A stretch of 55,588 nt of DNA, filler included, from Platydemus manokwari (lineage: Eukaryota), in assembly GCA_037951405.1 (NCBI GenBank). It is 5 parts of 5 records of this genome, joined end to end, with 100 filler letters (N's around TTAATTAATTAA, not from the genome) between each part and the next. Parts side by side here need not be neighbours in the genome. Positions count along the whole stretch, not along the records: positions 21,123 to 30,107 come from JBBMOY011319427.1; positions 30,208 to 43,657 come from JBBMOY011722510.1; 3 more parts are not named here. One strand, 5' to 3'. The translations under genes and the position numbers were made by a program. The notes beneath the pieces are model-generated. The model was not told where the DNA came from. It saw nothing but the letters and a program-made list of their open reading frames with translations, and did not search any database. Of the stretch, positions 25,801 to 37,472 are shown one piece after another. Positions within the stretch are counted from its first letter, which is position 1, and every line of letters begins with the position of its first letter.

Positions 25801-28800
25801 CATTATCCGATCTTATCTCAAATTCAACATCAGCCTCGTCCATTGCGAGAAATATCTCGAAACCGAGATCGGTGTCATCCCGTCATCACTGATATTTGGC
25901 AGCATTATATTCGTCATCAGATCGGTGTTCGACAACTTGACGAAACACGCATTAACCAACAGTGCATCTCTCATCACGGATTTGGGTTGGTTTTTTGTAT
26001 TCTTTATTTGATTGGTTAAATTATTACAGACTGTTTGATTGGTTAAATTATTATTTTTTTTATCGATTTGATTGGTTAAATTATTATTTTTTTTATCGAT
26101 TTGATTGGTTAAATTATTACAGACTGTTTGATTGGTTAAAATATTATTTTTGTGGATTTGATTGGTTAAATTATTACAGACTGTTTGATTGGTTAAAATA
26201 TTATTTTTTATCGATTTGATATAATAATTTATTATAATTATTTCATTGATATATTATTATTATATTTTGATAGATTTATTTATAATCATTTAATCAATTG
26301 ATTTGTATTCTAATATAATTACTATTTAAAAATTTGTTTATTAACAATTTTATTTGTCGTCTTTTAAATATCGATTATTCAAAAATATCGATTATTCAAA
26401 AATATCGATTTCTCAAAATGTCGATTTCCTAAAATATCGATTTCTCAAGAATATCGATTTCCTAAAATATCGATTTCCTAAAAATATCGATTTCTCAAAA
26501 ATATCGATTTCCCAAAAATATCGATTTTCCAAAATATAGATTTCCCAAAATATCGTTTTCCCAAAATATCGTTTTCCCAAAAATATCGATTATTCAAGAA
26601 ATATCGATTATTCAAAAATATCGATTACTCGATTAATTATATTTGCTTAATAATTATAATCAATAAATATCACAAAATCAAAAACTTATTAACAAATTAA
26701 AAGTGTAAAATTAATTTATTGATTTTATTAATAGATAATAATAAAAATAATAATAAAAAATATAAATAATTAAGCTGTCGATTGCATGATTTTCCTCAAT
26801 GAAATTATGAGCATCAAGTCGAGATCATACTTGATGCTGTCCGATACACGAAAATCTCGGCTACAATTGATTCAACAAGTGACGCACGAGATTATCGCCA
26901 ATACTCCATCAGCAGTTAAAGTTATCCTATCCATGTCATCCATTGAGGTGGATACGTTATTGAAACAGAGTAATTTGTCCAATCAGTACGTATAATCGTC
27001 CAATAGTGTATTAAAGTAATGATATATCATATATCTATAGAATGTTAGCAATAAACGGCACTGAGGAAAAATTGAACCAACTCGTATGGATGGCTTTAAC
27101 ACTGGTCAAATATATTTTTATCGGCCCCAACGATTTGTTAAATGAAGAAGAAATCGTTGTTGACAGCGGTGCTTGTGTGTTATTGAAACTGCTCGATAAT
27201 GACGATCAACCAGAAGGCCAGCTTGCCAATATAACTCGTAAACGGCGATCGGGAATGACCAATTGCCAGCAATACGTATTGAGAATGCTCGAGTTCCTCA
27301 CTTATCCTTTCAGCATCAAGATTGCTCGCATGGCACTCGACATTCTCAAATTGCTAGTTCAGAACACGAATATATCGATTGTAGGCTGTCTCGGTGAGAA
27401 AACATCTCTCATCCGTGATACTTTTCTTCGAATCATCTCCAGTAACATGGAAGATCAGATTGTGCGATCGAATCTGTTTAATTTTCTAACTGAATGTGTG
27501 ATGCGTGGTCGTCATGGAGTGCTGCAATTGATTGGTCCCGGTAAATCCGAAGCTTGTGGCATCAATTGTTATCAGAGTTGTGTCGACATCATCAATAATT
27601 TCCAGGTTTTTAATAGCATGCATGTAATCAATAATCATTTCTACCCCCACTCAGGCAGATGATGAGGTGTGTGTCAAACTGATCTGCTCGGTATCCCAGT
27701 TCCTGTCGTCGCTATGGCTAAAAGATTGCTATGGATCTATCGATTGTTTGAAAAAGTAGGTCGAAATGAAATATGTGATTGATTAATCGATATGTGATGT
27801 GTGTTGCAGCGCTGATATCTGGTCGAGCATCATGACACCCACCAGAGAATTTATCACAACAATTGTACATCACCATGACAACGACAAGGATTCAAAACTG
27901 GCCCAGCCACCACCGACACCAACCGCTAATGATGATCGATTATTTGAGTTCATCGGAAACACGTTTGGCTTATTCGCCATGGAGCTCTACTCGAGCTCGG
28001 CGCTGCTCAAATCCAGTAGCGACAGCAATTTTATCAAATCTATCGAGTCAATACTGGGCGACGGATTGTTCTCCATGTTCCTGGGTGTGTTCCGCAAGCA
28101 ATTCCTTGAAGTGAGACAGCCTCGACTCGATCAATACATGAATATGCTGCTGACTCCTGTCACGTGGTGGAAAACTCTGCTTGTTATGACGCTCTCCATG
28201 AGCCCCGAATGCGGAATCAAAGGGCTCTCCTGTGGCGACGAGGTCAATTTGGTTGTTGACATATTGGAAAGCATTTCTAACCTGGTACAGCGAGAATCCC
28301 TGTGATCGATTATTGATATTTGTGACCTTTGTTTAGATTGGATCCTCTGCCATAATCGACAACAACGACGGTTTGAGCCTCATTCTCGACCAATTGAGTT
28401 CGTGTGTCCTCGAGATTGTTCACAAGAAATCCAGGTGAGTGCCTTTCCCCATTCTATGATAGCCGCCATATCGATTTATCCGCTTGTTTCCCATTAGATC
28501 ATTCAATGACGTGCAGAACTCGACTATTTCGAAACATCTGGTCAGCGTTCTCACCGCCTTGTTACCTTCTCGTGACACGGTTATCCATGTTCGACATGCT
28601 GACCTTTTCTCTGCTTGCGTTCTCTCATTGCAGAACTGTGTTGCAAATTGTGAGATTGTCTCAACCATTCTGGACCTCATTTGATTATTGATTTTCCCAT
28701 TTTTACAGATGCGATCCGGCGTGAAATGGAATCGCTGGCAGAAACTTATTTGTTTGTTCTCACCACGAGATTGGTGCCCGATAAGTTGGAATCAAAGGTG

Positions 28801-29868
28801 AGATGATAATGATTGATAAATAATCGATTAATCAATTCATTTGTTTGACAGACACTCGTTCAGGCTATTAGCTTATGTATAACTGTTGATATGACAACGG
28901 ATAGCATTGTGAATGCGGATTGGCTGGAAAGACTCGCAGATATCGGTGTGCTTCACAATTGCATCGCATTACTTATCGATTGTATCAAGGTATGGATCGA
29001 TTTTTAGTTGAGTTTAATTTTCATATAATTTTATCAATTTCTTTGATTTATTGACTTATTTATCGATAAAAATTAATTGTTTCATCGATTAAATTCTATT
29101 TTGATAACACAGCGGAACGATTTGTCATTGTTGGCACAATCGATTTTATTGTTACTCATTCGAGCTGCACACATTAATACCGGAGCAATGCGTATTATCC
29201 AATCATCGCTCTTATACACTTTGGAGACCGATTTTCTCATTCAAGAATCCAATCGCGACGTTGTAACATTTGTGGCACAACTGTTGAAGCTCGGAGTTGT
29301 TGTGGTGACTCAAAACGGACCAATAGCTCACAATTTTGGATTTCGGTTGATTCTATCTCACTGGGACAAGTTCAATGAGCTCGTAACAGAGGGCTGCACT
29401 CGAATTGGTCGGTCCGTCTCGTCTGTTGATGATTACGGGCGCATCAGTACTCTCATGGAAATTGGCCAATCATTGTTCGATATTGTTTGGCACTTGTTGG
29501 CCGTGAGAGGTGTTTGGTCGATATATTGGCCAGCTACAATTATTGACGAAATAGATCGGCTTGTCACTGTGTGCACCAACACTGTTGCTGTTGTCTTGTC
29601 CAAGCCTCTCACACTATTTCCACCGAATTCCGCTTATATCGTTCATGGAAAATCTAAAAACATCAAGCGAGTAGCATTTACATCTCACAGCCTCAAAATG
29701 AAACTCGATCACAGCAGCCCATTGGAAGATCCCGAAGAATCAATTGTTCATTTAAAAATGGAATTGGCATCATCTCGATTGGAATCAATTCTCTATCAAT
29801 TATTGCATTCGGCTTTACTCGTCTTTTCCAGATCCACCTATCTGACCAGTGAAACTTGCATTTATGAG
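22890..29868 (+). CDS. NUP188: Nucleoporin NUP188, multi-exon, 3'-partial (runs into the gap at 30108); exact start uncertain
   Basis: GT-AG bounded exons splice in frame (e.g. 22939-23014, 23093-23160, 23203-23290, 23335-23415, 23475-23669, through a last visible exon ending 29868). They match recalled vertebrate NUP188 in order: IKISQYLNL~LRISKFLGL; KIKKYYYEERLSLIR~KIADYYYEERTCILR; WTIQSFEEQAELLETI~WFVQCLREQSMLLEII; TAIAKLNVFRYM~TAIQLNVFQYL; WAVKYSVWDVIFGEIE~WEYSYSSWTLFTCEIE; SIVGCLGEKTSLIRDTFL...MED~SVYACLGNDAAAIRDAFL...IED. Confidence 0.9.
26007..26220 (+). repeat. Intronic minisatellite, 7 units of 27-33 bp with core TTTGATTGGTTAAA
   Basis: Directly visible; lies in the long NUP188 intron (~25985-26773). 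Confidence 0.9.
26366..26630 (+). repeat. Intronic tandem array, ~16 units of 16-18 bp, consensus AAAA(A)TATCGATT(T/A)YYY
   Basis: Directly visible; most units carry the palindrome ATCGAT. Confidence 0.93.
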
Positions 29869-30107
29869 GTTGTTATTGATTATTATTATTAATTATTATT
29901 AATTATTAATATCGATTATTTTTAATTATTAACATCGATTATTAATATTGATTATTTTTATTAATTATTAGTGATTATTATTAATTCTTAATATTGATTA
30001 TTATTAATATTGTTTATTATTATTGATTTTTTAATTAATTATTATTGATTACCAATATTGATTGTTTATGATTTTTATTTATTATTATTAATTATTATTA
30101 TTATTAT

Positions 30108-30207
30108 NNNNNNNNNNNNNNNNNNNNNNNNNNNNNNNNNNNNNNNNNNNNTTAATTAATTAANNNNNNNNNNNNNNNNNNNNNNNNNNNNNNNNNNNNN
30201 NNNNNNN
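30108..30207. other. Assembly linker
   Basis: Same 100-nt spacer; truncates NUP188. Confidence 0.97.
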
Positions 30208-30729
30208 GGGAAATGTTGTAACTTCCGATGGACATTACTTTGGATAACAGAATTGTACAAGATTTTCTTTAATAAACACTCAATAGTTCTAAAAAAAGTT
30301 CCGGTTTTTAAATTATAGACCCAATATTAAGTGATTTAAAATATATAGTCCTACATTAAAATATAACTATTTATCTGAAAGAAATTATAATGTAGAATAA
30401 AATTATTTTGAAAATGTATGCAATGAAATATATTAAACAAACTGATATTTAAAGGTTTAAGACTCGAAAAAATGTTTATAATTAATAGACTCTACATTAA
30501 AAGGATTCTACTGTGGAAGGGCATTGTGAATAATGACAGTGGGAACTTTTAAAGCTAGAGGTCTTATCAATTTAATCGGACTACAAAATTATAAAAATAC
30601 CTGAGCGTTCAAATGCAATAAAATATTTTCTTTTGATGATTTCTTCGATCAATGACAGAATAATAAATGTTATTGTCTGAACAAATCAAACCCTTCCTCA
30701 AATAATTAAAATTTTCACTTATTATTTTT

Positions 30730-30975
30730 TTCTTTGACTACTGACACAGTTAACATAGCGGATGCGTCCGAAAAAAATTTGAGTATTAGCCCAATTTCAG
30801 GAGAAGTCCAGTCATTAATGAGGTCCTATGTTCCCAAGAATCCAACATTGACAACATCAATAATCGTTCGATGATGGGTGGAAGAATCTAGAAGCGCACC
30901 TACCGCATTGTATTTTGCTCTATTGTTCTCACATTTAAGAGCAAAGTTAAACTTAGCATCGTAGTGTACTTTCAT
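30730..30975 (-). mobile_element. Decayed 3' end of an RLE-endonuclease non-LTR retrotransposon (NeSL/Utopia/R2-group-like)
   Basis: KVHYDAKFNFALKCENNRAKYNAVGALL...IDVVNVGFLGT*DLIND...IGL resembles the RLE tail DV.VPFE...K..KY..L...VVGSLGSWDP.ND...LG. The conserved Trp appears mutated to TAG. Confidence 0.6.
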
Positions 30976-33900
30976 TTTGTTACTATTTTTAGCCACATTT
31001 GATTTTTATTTTAAATTTTGTATCTGAACTCGGTGTTTCTATTTTTAGTACTGACGTACATTGCTATTTGCAGATTTTGGTTCTTTTTCAGGCTTTGAAA
31101 TAATTTTATTGACTAAATTCTTTATTTGTATTACCAAATTTCTTTTAATTTTAAGTTAAATTTGTAACCATGCATCTATCTACAAATTTCAAACATCATT
31201 TTCTTTGATGTTTTTGTAGTTGTATTGATTAAATTAGATTTAAAAGTTTCCCATAATTAATTTTTTATTTTCAGTCTTTTTATTTCTATTTATACATTTT
31301 TGTTCGATATAATTACGGTTCTCTTGTTAATATTCAAATGCAATTTTGCTCCGGACATAGTTGTACTTCGAAAAATATTGCGTAATCCACATAATGCCAT
31401 TCTTTCTAGATCAACGAGTAGCCTCAAAAATTTAACTTTCATTTTCTTTGAATTTCACCAATAATAACTTCAACTAATCGATGCTTGTTTTCTGCAGATC
31501 TATAATAGGGAATCTCCTTTCCGATTGTTCTGTGAGGCTAATAATAACTATGAAAAACAATAAAATATAACATTGAATTTTTTTACAAAAATAAATATAA
31601 AAAATGAAAAAAGAAATTTTTCTAAAAATTAAAACACTTTTATAGAAAAAATTTGTCTTTATACATCAAAAAATAAATTGTTTCATTTATCTCAAGATCA
31701 AGAAAAAATCTAGCCACGATTATATAACCACGTCAGCGCTAAAAATAGACTGCCTCAATTTATAATTATCAACTAAAACTGTGGGCTTATATTAAATTTA
31801 GAACTGACGCGTAAATGTTTCTAAAAATAGACACAACTATAGCTAAACACATTAGGCAATAGAACAACGCATAAATAGAGCTATAAAACTAAATCCAATC
31901 AGTCATTTCTTAACTAAAACAAAGTCTTGTGGTTTAAGAATGATATACTTTAAATTATATATTTCTGCTAGAGAATCTTTAACTCCTTTAATATCCTAAC
32001 ACTTAGGAATTGACACTCGGTTTTTTGTTCGAAATCTCTGGTTTTTTTCTCACTACCAATCTATCTTCGAGACATCTCATTACTTTCAGGCTTGGTGGGC
32101 ATTTCTCTTCAGATCAATTTCAGTTTCTCTCAAACCATATTTTTCTGTGACATTTTCAAATGTTGCCAATTTTGTTTCGGCCCTCCTTCCCTATCTCTCA
32201 AATAAATCTAGTGAATCTTTATCAATTTTGCTGTCTAATTGCACCACTAATTTTTATATTAACTCTTCATTAATTTTGATGTTTTTGAATTTTGGCTCCC
32301 AAACATCCATAATATGCATCCTGTCAGAAATATTTTAGTATCATATAAACTAACCAATTGAACTGAAAGCACCACAGTATGAAGTGATAGTTCATAGCTA
32401 GTTGTTTTAGTATAAAGATGAAATGCCAATCCATTTAAATAATTTTACGAGAATCTATTGAAGAAGTAATTCGAGAAGTTAATTGAAAAAAATGTTGGAG
32501 TTTGAATCAATTTTACAATTATTATTAAAATTTGTAAATAATCAATTATTGGTTCAATATTCTTGAATAACAAAAAACAATATGTCTTGTAACATGACCC
32601 TTAGTGGTAATGAATTTTTACTGTTATAGTTTACGTAAATTATTTTGTTAAATTCATAAAATGAATTGTTGGGAATTAAATAAACTCAAAGCAATATGCC
32701 AATGAAAAATATTTAAAAAGGGTCGAAACTTACATACTCAATGAGCGCACTTGTTAATAACCAATCAGATTCTCAAAAATAGAAAGAATCTAATGAAAAA
32801 CTCAATTATCCTAAAAATAAACAAAACAAGATGAAACAAATGAAATGAAAAGTGAAACAAATATTATAGAAAACAAATAAAATATAAGATAAATATAATT
32901 TAGAGTAAATTGAGAAAAAAGAGTAAAACGAAAGGAGATAATAAATATCAATGATTAAAAATTAAGGGTAAATGAACAAAATAAAAGTGGTTTACTCTTA
33001 TACAATATTTGACTTTGTAAATAAAATGAAATAATAAATTCTAAAGTTAAAATTTAATAGAAAATTATTAACTTAAAATTCAGTATAATAATTACCAGCT
33101 ATTACCGGCAAGTGAAATAAATAAACAGTAAGCTCGTACTGCAGTTAGTGGATCAACAGGATGCACACAGAAGGAATGTGCATGGTCAAAATAAAAATAT
33201 AGAGACCGAGGTAATTCTTTATTTTTGCCATTTAACCAGGAGCTACAGGTAGGTAATATTTTTATTACTAAAGTATTTAATCCTGCAACAAGTGTAGTTG
33301 CACGGGGAAAAGTATTAACGTTGTGCTAGTTAGTAAAAGTATTGTATAGCAGTGTGATATTAGCGATGAGTAGATTCTGGTTTAAAATATCCAACAAATT
33401 GATTAACTTAACTTTTTGGAACCTGTGCCCTTGTAACATTAATATTCGGTGTAAAGTGTAATTTAAATATATCTTAATCAGAAAGACGTATTTGTTTTTA
33501 CTCAATGCGCACCAAGATTGAAGTAGGTGTCAGATAAGATAATTAGAACCCAGCCGTCAAGTTAGAATAGTTCTAAACTTAAAAAAATAGCAGGCAGGCT
33601 TTTCTAGCAAATAGATAAGATTAATTCAACAAGTAAACATTCACAGCAGATTTATAAAAAAAGTCAGATCTGGAAAGTAACTGCCAGTTTTTCATGGCCA
33701 GTTACTATAAACAGTGAGTCATTATAATGAACAATCTTTTATAATTGTTGACTCCATTTCTGTTCTATCTTTGTTCTATCAGTGTTTTTAATTATTATGT
33801 TTAGGTAAATTTATTATTTTGCATTTATTAATTCAATGTTTATTTGTTTTTCAGCATATTTTATTTTATCTGTATAATGTTTCTCAGAAAAAAGTGAACA

Positions 33901-36839
33901 GAATAATCAATAAGCTGTACATAAAAAACTATATACATATTAAAGAAAATCTGTTGTATACTATTCATCCTTGTATGGCACATAATGATAAATAGAGAAA
34001 AGCAATAACGCATGACAATCAATGTAATATGATCATAACACTAGGATACAAATGTATATAGATGCATGGTGGAACACTAATTTGAAAGCAAAAATATAAA
34101 TTAAGAAACTTTTCAGTAGTAGAAATTGAAAAAAATGTAAATTTCAACATCAATGAAACTATAAGCATTAAAAGAATTCAAAAAATAAAAATTTAAAATT
34201 AAAAAACAAAGCACTCTAAAATAAAAATTTATTTAAAAATTAAATAAAGCAAAACACAATATTTTTTGGTTTTCTTTTGTTTAAACCACCTCAAGGACAA
34301 AATACTTAGTAACTGCGTCATTACTAAAATTGGCACAACCAAGTTTAGTAAGATACGTCAGTAAAGACAGCAGGTTATTGCTAAAATGAGACACAAGAGT
34401 TGATAACAAAATTTCCACATAAACATGACGCCTTACCTCCAAAATTATATATAAACATAATGCCACGTCACAATTTCGTACTTAATAATACCAAGAAAAT
34501 TTTATGATTACAAAGTTATCAAAAATTTAAGTTGCAAGAACTAATTATTTGATTTCATTAATTATTTTCCAAGCGAAGCATTGTTGATATTTGTCAAATT
34601 TCTCCTATAAGAGAATTAAATTATATTTTGCGAAGAAAATTATTGTTCAAATTAAGAAATCACGATAAGTAATTTATTTTTTATTTCTATAACTGTTTGG
34701 TTATTCTAATTAGATAAGGCTCTCACTGAATACTTCTTTCATTTTATTCTATAAGCATGTTTGAGCACTTATTTTGGCATATTTCAATCATTTACCTAAA
34801 TGTTATATCGTAAACAATAGCATATTGTATACCATGAGCATTTGCAAACTATATTAATGTTTATTAATAATATTATTAAATGTTGTGTGATCAAATGTTT
34901 TATGGCAACTCTTACTGCTCCTAGAGGGCTTTAGTAATTCATATGAGGATAAAGTGACCGCAAAATAAACTGAAAAATCTAAAGATTTGGAGATATATAA
35001 ATTGATTGTTGCAACAAGAATTGATTGTCCCGCTGCGCCAAGTTGGTTACATACTAGTAGCACATAAACATATCAATATAAATGCTTTCATTCGATATGG
35101 TTAGAGTAATAATAACAAGGCTGGTATTAATAATATTTGTTCAGGAAATCGAAAATTGAAAAAGATACAACAGAAAAGGAAAACTCACAAGTAGATATTT
35201 CCACAAAGAATATCGGAAAACCAAACGGAGGCAAATATTAGGATTGCATATTTGGTTGAATATTGTTAGGTTGGAGAATTGTTAATATTTGATTTGAGTT
35301 TGAATTCAGATTTAGATTTTTAGAAGTTAATACCTTGATTTATTTAAGTGTTTCGGCCAATAAAATGTTTTAAGGCAATTGAATTTAGTTTATTATTTAG
35401 GTTATTATAACTCTTAGTTATTTCTTTATTATATATAATGATCAAAATTTTGGAGAAATAAAAAAATCAATAAGCTTAAAACAATTTTCTTTTATTACCT
35501 AAAGTGTGATGGAATAGCTTATGAGTTCCCAGTATGAAGACTTTCGCAAAATTTTAGTTCATTGTTAACTGACTGAATAAATTCAAGTCATAGTGAAATA
35601 TTGTTCGTATGGGTTCTAGTGATGTTTGATGTTTGTATCCAAATACCACGTCAGATATTTAGAAAAAATATTTGGCAAATACATAACCTTGAATGAAATC
35701 TTTCATAAATAACATACAAATAAATATTAAACTTAATCCATATCACAAAATACAATATTTCATAAATTACTTCATTATTTTACTAGTGTCAAAATGACCT
35801 TCATAAAATCCAATTGCTTAAATTAATATTTAAGAAAATGGTTGCTAAATTTATCAAATAAACTAAAGACATTAACTTTCAAAATTGAAATTTTTATTAA
35901 TAATTAATGAAAATTAATTTTCCATCCTGAAATCGGTAACATCCAAAAATAAATACATAAGAAAATTCAATTCTGAAATAAGCTGTAGTATAACGTATTA
36001 ATGATTCGATATGGAATCACAAACAACAACAAAAAAGTACATAATTCATTTGCTTGAATAATAATGAAATCAATTCAGAACGTAAAAAAATCAATAATTC
36101 CTAATAGTTCTGTTCATGTATGGATAATTAAAAATCGAATTAGACACTGACTATCATAATAAAATCGTTTTACTGTACAATACAACCAAACAAACATCAA
36201 ATAACAACTTTGGAACATGTTTACTCACAGAACAAAGAACATACTCTGTAATTTTCTAAAGTTGAACAAATTAATTTCTTTAGCACAACTGAATAAATAA
36301 ATAACGATCAGTCGAACATGCATCGAAAGGTTTGGATTGAATTAGATAATTTTCTAATAATAAACATCTAAAATGAAATATCTTAAATGGCAATAAAACA
36401 ATTAAGTACTCATCAGACGTAAAACAAAGAAATTATTGGAAAATATTGATATTATTTAAAAATATCTTAAACGAAAAAAAAACTGATCAATTCATTCAAC
36501 TAAATATATCAGAGCAAAATCAGAAATTAAATTTTTTAGCATTTGTAGTAAAATATGAAACAGGATGAAAAAACAATGGAAAATTTAAAAGAAGAAAGAT
36601 CATTTAAAGATATTGATAGAGAAATTGACTTGATAATGCAATTAATAGAATTAATTTATTTAAATACACAATGCTTTCTTTCACCCTTCATTGATTTAAG
36701 TTCTGAAAATCTCAGATGAATTTTAGCGCTAAAGCACACAACTATGTCAATATAATCTTTAATTTTAAATTATTGTTTCTAAAATTTACAACTGAATTTA
36801 AAATTAATTTAATTCGAAAGAACAATTTTAATTTAAAAA

Positions 36840-37060
36840 AAAATTTAATCAAAAAAATAAAAGTTAATTAAAAAAATAAAAATTAATTAAAAAATAAAAA
36901 TTAATTAAGGAAATAAAAATTAATTAATAAATAAAAATTATTTAAAGAAATGAAAATTAATTGAAAAAATAAAAATTAATTAAAAAATGAAAATTAATTG
37001 AAAAAATAAAAATTAATTAAAAAATGAAAATTAATTAAAAAAAATAAAAATTAATAAATA
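36840..37060 (+). repeat. AT-only minisatellite, unit ~AAAAATAAAAATTAATT
   Basis: About a dozen degenerate 17-19 bp units, downstream of the PHKA 3' end. Confidence 0.8.
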
Positions 37061-37472
37061 AATAGAAACTAATTAATTTAGGACATGATCAATAGTAGAG
37101 AGGAACACAATCAACATGCATGTTTTATATCAATAATCTCCAATTCAGTAAATCAATTTCATTATTTTTATTAATAAATGCAGAATGACTTTGAAATTTG
37201 AATTGTTTTTTGTGATATTATTATTATCGTAAAATTAATAATTAAAAATGTTGAAGGACAAAAATATTTATTCAAATATCAATGTAATAACCTATTTGTT
37301 AATGGAGATATTACATTATTTCTAAGAAACAGTTGGAAAGGAGCAATCCAACCAAGTAATAATATTTCAAATAAAGGAACAATTCAAATATGCCATCAGA
37401 AGAACAGAAATAGTGCTAATAAATCTTTATCAAAATGAAGCTTGATAAGAAACCAACCTTTACAAATCTTAA

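Noticed and set aside
26007-26220. CRISPR-like look (constant core, variable tails) and the FDWLNYY repeat ORF 25962-26219
   Set aside because: The tails are repeated rather than unique, there are no cas genes, and it lies in a eukaryotic intron. The flanking NUP188 exons splice in frame across it.
23988-28691. Overlapping and antisense ORFs within NUP188 (23988-24362, 24741-24995, 25018-25328, 25699-26019, 28404-28691, etc.)
   Set aside because: Shadow frames of GC-richer exons with no independent motifs.
33130-33195. ARTAVSGSTGCTQKECAWSK, reminiscent of SWIM-associated CT...C.W motifs
   Set aside because: Too short to support any call.
36380-36425. CTGATGAG on the minus strand (hammerhead core-like)
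   Set aside because: No stem II closure and no downstream GAAA core.
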